Shown here: positions 55,382-64,000 of the stretch, piece by piece
Layout of the letters: each line of letters starts with the position of its first letter
How positions within the stretch are numbered: position 1 is the stretch's first letter
Origin: Eledone cirrhosa
Taxonomy: Eukaryota
Reading direction: 5' to 3'
DNA length: 64,000 bases
Assembly (NCBI GenBank): GCA_964016885.1
Contig: OZ024745.1
Location: 62,806,001-62,870,000 of the forward strand
Position numbers and translations under genes: made by a program
The notes under the pieces: model-generated
Told to the model about the DNA's origin: nothing
Database searches by the model: none
What the model saw: only the letters and a program-made list of their open reading frames with translations

Positions 55382-55567
55382 AACAAAGAAGATTTGGTAA
55401 GATACCAGGTGGACCATAACGCACCAGAGTACCCGATAATTAGGGCAGTGGAGTGGGTAATATGAAAAGGGTCAGGACGCCGATGACTAGGTCCCAACAA
55501 ACTACTGGTTTAATTCACATCTAGCTGTCCAAACGACCGGAGCTCAGCCGTCCCTGACTATTTTCCT
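55382..55567 (-). mobile_element. Diverged family A relative in (TA)n
   Basis: ggaccataacgcaccagagtac...gagtgggtaata; partial inverted piece gagctcagccgtc. Confidence 0.7.
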
Positions 55568-55665
55568 TTATATATATATATATATATATATATGGAGGAG
55601 GTTATAGTTCACTTGAAGCATTGTGTAATGAGGTATAAACGTTTGTATATGTATAATAAAGCCAA

Positions 55666-55734
<69 letters not shown>

Positions 55735-55891
55735 TATATAATAATATATATATTTTTTTATTTTTCCCCATTACATTACGTTCTATTTGTTCCCGTTATT
55801 TTATTTTCTATCACATATCAGCCTCACTTTCAATTGTTTTTAGCCTTTGTTTTTAAAAATTCATATATTATGTCCATATTAAATAAAATGT

Positions 55892-55958
55892 CATTCTGAT
55901 GAGCGATTTCAGACGTCTGTGTCGAGCGCGTCTGCCTTCGTGAAAACTTTGGTAAATG
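55892..55958 (+). ncRNA. Type I hammerhead ribozyme, family D-related
   Basis: cauu-CUGAUGA-gcga..cagacg..cgucug..ucgu-GAAA-acuuugg-UA-aaug. Confidence 0.72.
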
Positions 55959-56346
55959 GATTAATTGTCTTCTGTTGTTTATTACATAAATAAATAGCTC
56001 CGTAGCTTACATAGAGCACTTTCCTTTGCTTTACGCTTCCTACGGAAATACTTAATACATATCCGGCAATCGCTCTGTATAATCAGCTCCTGAATATTAC
56101 TGGAATTCTATAAGAATCCAGCTTCTATAATTTTCGGCGGAAGCAGAGGGTGCGTGGCTCTGATGATCGCCAAACAGACTGTTAGCTTCACTCCCTTCAT
56201 TCGCCGAAAAGAATTAAGTGAAATAGTCACTACTTTAAACCGATAGCGTATGGTCTTCTAAATATTTTAAATTAAACATACGGTATATTGCCAAATATAC
56301 TATATATATATATATATATATCCTTAAAGGGATCTTCTGAAAACAA

Positions 56347-56406
<60 letters not shown>

Positions 56407-56409
<3 letters not shown>

Positions 56410-56610
56410 AAAAAAAGGATGAAATCGAAAATGCAACTGGAGTCTTATTTTTAAAAAAAAATATATATTTATTTGGTTCCTTTGCCGGTTTCGCAGTTCT
56501 TCTGCTTTTCAAAAGTAGAGTTGAGATGGAGGTAAAGGAACCAAATAAATATATATATTTTTTTAAATAAGACTCCAGTTGCATTTTCGATTTCATCCTT
56601 TTTTTCTTTA
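56407..56610. mobile_element. Family E fold-back element
   Basis: About 75-bp inverted arms; left arm holds the hammerhead 3' half. Confidence 0.82.
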
Positions 56611-56683
56611 TACTTTCACTCGTGTAGGACACCTTGGTTATTTTTCATTTTGTAAAAAAAACCTCACTTTCTTATATATATAT

Positions 56684-56734
<51 letters not shown>

Positions 56735-57224
56735 TTATTTTTATTGTGGGTATTATTATTATAATAAACATAATTATCGTCGTCATTATTAACGATGATA
56801 ATTTTACCTCCAGTTATGAAAACGAATATGTATATACATCTTATTTCAGAATGAATTTTACTATAAGTCCCAGGCAGTCAATATGATGCATATAAAATAA
56901 GACAGTCCCGTGTTTTGACGAGATACACACCATAGCGATAGCAAGACAATGAGCTAAAGATTGAATATAAATGCTATTTGCATTAAGTACAATTGCCTAT
57001 TAGAAGCTCCTATGTCACACATATGATCAATACATCAATATGGGAAACAAATATATCCAGATTACACCTGTACAAAGCAAACAATAGTTGATCAGAACAA
57101 ACAAATATTCAGCTACATATATGGAAGATAAAACCTGCCCTTAAAATACGAGGATGATATTGTTAGATAAAGTTTGAAATCGAAGCCCTAAATTGCGGAT
57201 GTTTCACTGTTACTACTATTACAA

Positions 57225-57229
57225 CTACA

Positions 57230-57268
<39 letters not shown>

Positions 57269-57300
57269 GCTACTACTACTGCTGCTGGCGCTGCTGTTGT

Positions 57301-57338
<38 letters not shown>

Positions 57339-57434
57339 TTACTACTACTACTACTACTATAGCTGCTACTATTACTGTTACTGTATTGTTGCTAATAATA
57401 ATAGTAGATAGAGTAACAGTAATAGTAGCAGCGA

Positions 57435-57491
<57 letters not shown>

Positions 57492-57590
57492 CAGCAGCAG
57501 CAGCAGCAGCAGTAATAGTAGTAGTAGTAGTAACAACAGCAGCACCAGCAGCAGTAGTAATAGTAGTAGAAGTAGTAGTAGTAGTAGTTG
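57225..57590. repeat. Fold-back compound (TAC/TGC)n - (GTA/GCA)n microsatellite
   Basis: Interruptions are mirrored: gctgctactattactgttact / agtaacagtaatagtagcagc; ctggcgctgctgttgttac / gtaacaacagcagcaccag. Confidence 0.85.
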
Positions 57591-57601
57591 CTAATAATAA
57601 T

Positions 57602-57714
57602 TGTTTCTACTTATGGCACAAGGCCAGCAATTATCCCAGTGTATTACTGGTACTTTATTTTATCGACCTCCGTAAGGATGAAAGGCAAAGTTAACCTCGG
57701 CGGGATTTGAACTC
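57602..57714 (-). mobile_element. 5'-truncated SINE family 1
   Basis: TSD agtagttgctaataataat. Confidence 0.9.
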
Positions 57715-57879
57715 AGTAGTTGCTAATAATAATAATAATAGAAAGATATGAAGACGAACAGAAGAAGAAGAAGAAGAATGTGTTTCGGGTGGAACAACTT
57801 CGTGGTGGCTAATAAAATAGATTCCCGAATGATTTAAACTAAATCAGACATTATCAATAAATTATATATTTAAACAGAT

Positions 57880-58700
57880 ATCGAGAAAGTATATACTAGA
57901 CAAGAAAAAACAAACACGACCATGTTTGGCTTGCTGCTATCATATAGAACATTTTGCTGATATCGGAAACACTTTCGAAATTTTAAAATTTGTTTGAACA
58001 ACAACCACAACGTTTAAGCCTCATATAACAACGATTAAAACAATAACAACATTTTTTTAAAAGAATGAATATCGGCGCATGTTAGCAACACTCATAAATA
58101 TTTTTTGTTATATCAAAGTGTACATGTCATTAAATCATGGACCTATAAAAACACTCACACACATACACGGCAAAAAAAACAACAATGAAAACAAAAAAAA
58201 AACACCGAATAATTCTGTCGTATTATGTGGTGCGACGTACATAGAAACAAAAAAAATTGAAACGGTACCTGACGAAAATGGTGACATTCTAAATGAAGTG
58301 CTGTATTTTACCCCTCAATGCCAAAATGAAACTGAAAGACACAAATGGACACAAGTGGGGTATATTTCAATCTCATAAGTATATTTTCTGCTACACACTA
58401 CACACAAAAAAACGAAAATACAGCAATATATTCATGAATTCTGAGAGTGAATTTACCCCGAAACTGATCTAACCCTTGATCCCAACATTCTAGCAAATTT
58501 AAGATACATAGTGAAAAACGTATATCGGAAATTGAAGAACTTCTAAATGAATGAATAAAATGCGATGTTACTAATAAAAATAGAAATATTTAGAATGTGG
58601 TCCATAAATATATAATTTACAAATGCAAAATCTTTACATGTAAACATCAAGTCACAACAAACCGAAATACATATATAATAGTGATTAATACAAACGGATG
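57880..58700 (+). pseudogene. Probable decayed Penelope-like ORF N-terminal region
   Basis: ILNEVLYFTPQC resembles PLE LLxKGLxFxPT; A-rich composition like 13150-14630. Confidence 0.4.
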
Positions 58701-58714
58701 CAGACCACTCTTCT

Positions 58715-59750
58715 TCTAAACATCCGTTACCGGTGTCATAACGACAATCCTCCCCCAGCTCACCCTATCTAGCATTGATGTCTGAATTTCCCCGGCCTCC
58801 AGCCCGGTGTCACCTTGACGAACATATTTTAGCGTTGTGGTTGGTCACCGAATTCATCTGCACGCATCAGGTTTCCAGAAAATCACTCTGCAGCAGATTC
58901 ATTGTCTGGTTAATGGAAGCCTTATGATGTCAGAAATGCGATGAAGGGATCCGTTCAGCGATTTGTTTGCTTGATGTGTTCAGCAGGGTATGTTCTGGAA
59001 CTTCCTAAGCATCCGGATGAATGTACCATTAAACTTCTTTGTGGGCGATTTTTTCAGTGTCCAAGATTCCCATCCGTAGATGAGCATGGACTCAAGCGTT
59101 GTATTCAATAGCTTCAATTCGAGGTGTTTTTGCTCAGTGACATCCATGCCTGTGATAAGAAGTTGAGAGCGTCCCCTAACTTCCTATCCGAGTGTCAACA
59201 TCGTGCTCAGTGTTTATAAAACTGCCTAGGTCCATTATCTCCGAACTGTCTAGCACATGTACTTGTTTATTTGACGATGCACTGAGGTGTATGATTTTTG
59301 TTTCGACAGTACTCAAGAAGAGTCCAATAGACTCCACTGCCTTTTTGTCAGCGACCGACTTTGCATATGTGTTTCCAGGAGAGTTATGTCATCTGCTAAA
59401 ACCATTTCACGTAGAACTTCCTCCGGATGTCGGGTGGTTTGTCAGCGTTTCTATACTCCTCCGTCAAACGGTCAAGTAAAATTATGCAATGCATAATCAT
59501 GGCATATAACAAGAAAATGGAGAATATGTCTTATTAGAATATTTCAACACTTATGATGATCTGATGGGGTATCACATAACCAAGAAGAATTTTGAACATT
59601 TTCTTTCGATCAATTGAATTAAAAGCCTTCTTGAAATCTATGAATTACCGCCTCCTTGTAATTCCCTAGCTTATCAACAATCCTTCCTAGAGTCACAATG
59701 TGTGAACCAGTAGAGAGAAATTGACGAAATCCATTTTGGCTTAAGCTTGG
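58715..59750 (-). pseudogene. Decayed RTE-X-like LINE RT
   Basis: QNGFRQFLSTGSHIVTLGRIVD; DFKKAFNSIDRKKMFKIL; ADDITL; SMLIYGWESWTL. Confidence 0.85.
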
Positions 59751-60759
59751 TTGAAAGTACAGCGCTGAATTTCCTGGTGATGCTGCGCATCTGAAACTGT
59801 ATATTTGAGGATGTCATGTCTGGCTGTAGCCATTTCTGCACTTTCCATGGTGGGTGTGGTTTGAAGGGGGAGTTTTGGTAGGATTTCCTTCCTCACCCAC
59901 TTCATTACAGATGGACTCAAAGGAAGTATAATTTTCCCCTACAGCCGGTAAGAATTCAAACTTATCAGCAACTGAGTCATTAATTCTCCTTGCGGCCTAT
60001 AATAAAGCTGTTTATTACTGGATTTCTTGTTCAAGCTAATGGAAAACATGACTCCAGATCATTACAGAGAGAATATGGATGATGTCGAATTCGTGGTAGC
60101 TATGTAAATAGTGAAAACATTTTAAATGTCCTAATATTATAAATTTCATTATGGATACAACAATATACCTATGAAAGTTAAACACCCATGATCAAATACA
60201 CATAAACAGAAAACACATTAATGTGGCGTAATTTATATAAACAGAAGCATTAGTGTATATGTACATAGTATATACAGGTATATTTACATCTTATATGCAG
60301 TAGTCATTATAGATAGAAAAGAAGAGAATGTCCCATAGATCTGATAAAACAAGTGTAACAAACCTACACAGAGACAATGAACAAACGTATAAGAAGAAAA
60401 TGTATAACAAGGAAAACAACACGATTGGGAACAAGGAAAGAAGTAAACATCTAATAAAAGAAGAAGCGATTGATAATAGTTATAGCAAAGAATTTTTGTC
60501 GAAATCAAAGAAAGCCAAAGATTCATTGAAAAAATCCACCAGCAACTTCTGTCACACACAAAATGTCCTCATAAAGAATCTTGGTAAAATAAAACACAAA
60601 AGGAAGTGTTCTGAGTGTGAGTGTTAGAAACTAGGGACTCAGCACCCGTACAAATGTTTAGAACAACGTAAGCAATATCTGAACAATTGTGGTAATGCAT
60701 CAAAATTGTTTGTTTAACACACTGAAAACAAGCAAGTAATTAGTGGTGGGGGTACCGTG

Positions 60760-61390
60760 ACCTGACATTTTCCGAGACGTCTTATTAAAATGCATAAAGC
60801 GATGCCTGAAACAAACATTGTCAGATGCTGTGAAAACCGAAAATACACCTGACTGGTTCACTAAGGGTCAACACATCTTGGTCCACAGCATCATTTATAC
60901 AGTACAACTTCGAAACTAAATATTGATAACTTGCCTTCCAATAATCTATAAACCTTAACTGCAGAAAGTGAAAATAAAATCTTAACTTGGCATGGATTAA
61001 TCACCAGAAAACTTTCGACACTGATATCTTCACATATATACTTAAGTCTTTAACCACGGACATAGTAGAACTAACAGTAAGGAAATTCATAAATTATACT
61101 ATGATTTAGTGGTAAACAAAGATGCAGATACAAACAAAGTCGTAGATATAAAAAATAAAGCCATCGTACACAACAGAATTTTATTTCAAGGTGAAACACT
61201 ATCTCATCTGCCCTGAAATGACGTCAGTAACTGGGATTCTAAAGAGGACTGGTTATGGATACAAATGCTAATGTAAGATTATCAGGTCTCTCTATGTATA
61301 GCCAATCTGAAGCAATATGCTGCAAACAATACAAAGAGAGTATACGGATTTACAAAAGAAATAGGCATGAAATGTGGATAATAAAAGGCA
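60760..61390 (+). pseudogene. Decayed R4/Dong-clade LINE RT
   Basis: DWFTKG; CLPIIYK; AWINHQKTFD; FQGETLS; ILKRTGYGYK; NLKQYA; FTKEIGMKCG. Confidence 0.65.
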
Positions 61391-62177
61391 CCAAGTCAAA
61401 CATGAAGGAAAAAGAATAGTACATCACTAGTATCTCACTAGATAAAGCAATTTAAAATAGACTAATAGATCAAACACAAACACACGTTTTGTGAGAGAAA
61501 GGAGTGACAGTAAAAAATAAACATATCACGCAAACCTCTGTGTCAAAGAGGAAACGTCTACTGAGGCGTGTATGTTAGAAATATTTGCAAAACTTTCCTC
61601 AAATGCGTCATACCCATTGGATTATTTAATGTTCGTTATCTTGATAGCGATAGCTATATCGAAGACGATAGCTTAATGACGTATAGCATATCTTTGATCC
61701 TGAACTTGCAGTTTCAATGTTCACTAGCTTTTGCACAATAAAACAACCACAAGCAAAAATACATATACAAAGCTTGACGAGCGTCATTAAATATGCAATA
61801 TGCACATTACGAAGTATTTATATCGTTGTTGACCATTACTATACGTAATTCATTATAAGTATCATCGAACACATTCGTAGCAAGTGTTATTGAAGCCCCC
61901 ACGAAAGTACAACCACGTTTGAGAGAATATGTAAATTCTCTTGAATGTAGTGTAGTTATTTAAATTAATTTATTTTATAGGTCTTTGGAAGCTAGTTCTA
62001 CATAATGAAAACAGTTTTCAATCTAGACTGTATTTATCATTTATTTGTTTTACCTTTAGGGCCAAAGAAATGAGATATGTAATTACAATCGCAGTAAATG
62101 AAGTGTACTCTCCCAAATATGTGCTGCTACTTCCTTCGATTATCGTTTTCCATTCGAACACACACGCGCACACATTC

Positions 62178-62208
<31 letters not shown>

Positions 62209-63074
62209 GCAAGAGAGAGAGGGGGGGAGAGTGAGAGAGAGAGAGAATGAGGATACAGAGTGTGAGATTTCATTTAGCAAGACAAATATCTTTTTCTGGC
62301 AATCAAATAGTAAATATCTTTTTAATCATTCACAGATTCTGTAGTTGAAGCATAAATAGCAAGAATGAGTAAGATAGCGTATTTCGTGAATAATTCGACG
62401 AATATCATTTTGAACAAATTGTACCTGTGCAGCAAAACCTACCAGCTATTTAAATTCGGTATCAGTTTCTTTACAAATCCTCCAGTTTAGAATATTTAAC
62501 CTGTTCTTTCTTTTGATATTGTAAATTATATAGCGCATTTTTTCTTGTAAGAATAATATCTGTTTTAATCATTATCAATTATAATATTTAGTGTTTCAGA
62601 AAAAAAATTATTTAAAAAATTTCTTGCATTCAGAACTTGCACATGTGAAAATGATACTGACGCAATGTGTATTTAGTATATGTTTGTATATAGATGTTTT
62701 ATATCTACAGACTACTTATACGACTGTGTGTTCTGCAAATCTATGCGTAAAAACACTCCAGATAACATCTAGTATACAAAAATGAGGTGTATAGAAACAA
62801 AGAATGTCTCAATAAGCAAGCAATTGAATGATGGAAAACCACATGCAAAATCATATATTTTAGTATTACAATCCAGTTTTATGCATTTCTCATGTTTCAT
62901 ATACAGAGTATATATGTAAAGGACAAACAAGTGATATTACATTGATTTATTACACGTTTACATCAACAGACATATTTTGTTTCTTGGGAAAACGCAGAGG
63001 ACTAGGGTTTGCAGCGAGCATCTGATTTACTATTGTACTATTACAATATTGATATAACTGAAGTAAAATCATAC

Positions 63075-63181
63075 CATTGCTCCCAAATCAAATTGTACAT
63101 ATAGGTGCCAAATAATTTCCTTGTAGGTGCCCAAGTAACATACGATAACGCTTGGTGGAATGCTGAACCAGCTATTTCCAT
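63075..63181 (-). CDS. Candidate 107-nt coding exon of an unidentified host gene
   Basis: gtctctgttttcgcatatatttaag|ATG...TG|gtatga; MEIAGSAFHQALSYVTWAPTRKLFGTYMYNLIWEQ(W); raised GC. Confidence 0.5.
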
Positions 63182-63285
63182 CTTAAATATATGCGAAAAC
63201 AGAGACACAAACATACACAGACACACAAACACACGCCCATACACATACAGGCATATATACACACACACACAGACGTACCCCCCCC

Positions 63286-63319
<34 letters not shown>

Positions 63320-63486
63320 TGCGAAATCCTATTTCTATTCTATTATAAGTTGAGCCAACTTATGCAGCTTCATATGCAAATGAGATTAATCACCACATTT
63401 ACACAGACGAGAAAACTATACATATATATTTCGTTTCTGAATTTGTTTAGCAAGATTCTTTATCTGAAAACCTGTGTTGAAACCGA

Positions 63487-64000
63487 TATTGTTATACTTT
63501 GGAAGGGTCATTTTTTCCAATAAGAAACACGCACCAGTTGCTTTCACTTCAATTTATTATAATAAATTTATAAATTTAGGAATTTATAAATTTCCGGTTG
63601 GTTGGTTGGTTGGTTCCACAACCAGATGATTGTTCATATATTGTCAAAGTTCTTTCGTCAAACATTATGTGACCTAATTTCAAAATTAAATAGAAAACAT
63701 GAATGGAACAGCAACATCACAACTTACAATTAAGGACAAAATGAAAACACACACACACACATAGAAGAAACCAGTAACATGTAAATAAACAAATAAATAA
63801 ACAAATATAAACACACACAGACACCCGGATGTAACACATGCGCAAACTAAGCACACAACACACACAAAAACAAGATGGCGTAGGACAGAACAAAGGAGAG
63901 GCACAAAAACAAAGAAAATAATCCCCAGTCACTGAAGAAGTCACAGAATATGTGACGAAAGAACTTTGACAATATATGAATAATCATCTGGTTGTGGAAC
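63487..64000. mobile_element. Family B fold-back element running off the window end
   Basis: Left antisense arm ends just past stem II (gtgacc|); right arm carries a hammerhead. Confidence 0.85.
63928..63970 (+). ncRNA. Minimal type I hammerhead ribozyme, family B
   Basis: guca-CUGAAGA-a-gucaca gaaua ugugac-GAAA-gaac-UU-ugac. Confidence 0.75.

Overview
AT-rich animal DNA, most likely from an octopod cephalopod (inferred from the SINE families and the extreme (TA)n/(CA)n/(GA)n load). Almost all ORF-track entries are microsatellite translations. Identifiable content: two tRNA-derived SINE families (10 clear copies plus 2), decayed or 5'-truncated LINEs (RTE, RTE-X, CR1, R4/Dong, CRE), a non-autonomous Helitron, and Penelope-like (PLE) ORF remnants. 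A few short candidate exons may belong to an unidentified host gene. The main signal is a dense set of short elements inserted in (TA)n tracts that carry type I hammerhead ribozymes. I count 13 complete CUGANGA...GAAA...UH cores in about 8 sequence families, plus many half-cores. They mostly occur as fold-back or inverted structures whose breakpoints repeatedly fall in ribozyme stem II, which suggests hairpin-primed snap-back synthesis or twin priming in TA microsatellites. All calls are by eye; no searches were run and coordinates may be off by a few bases.
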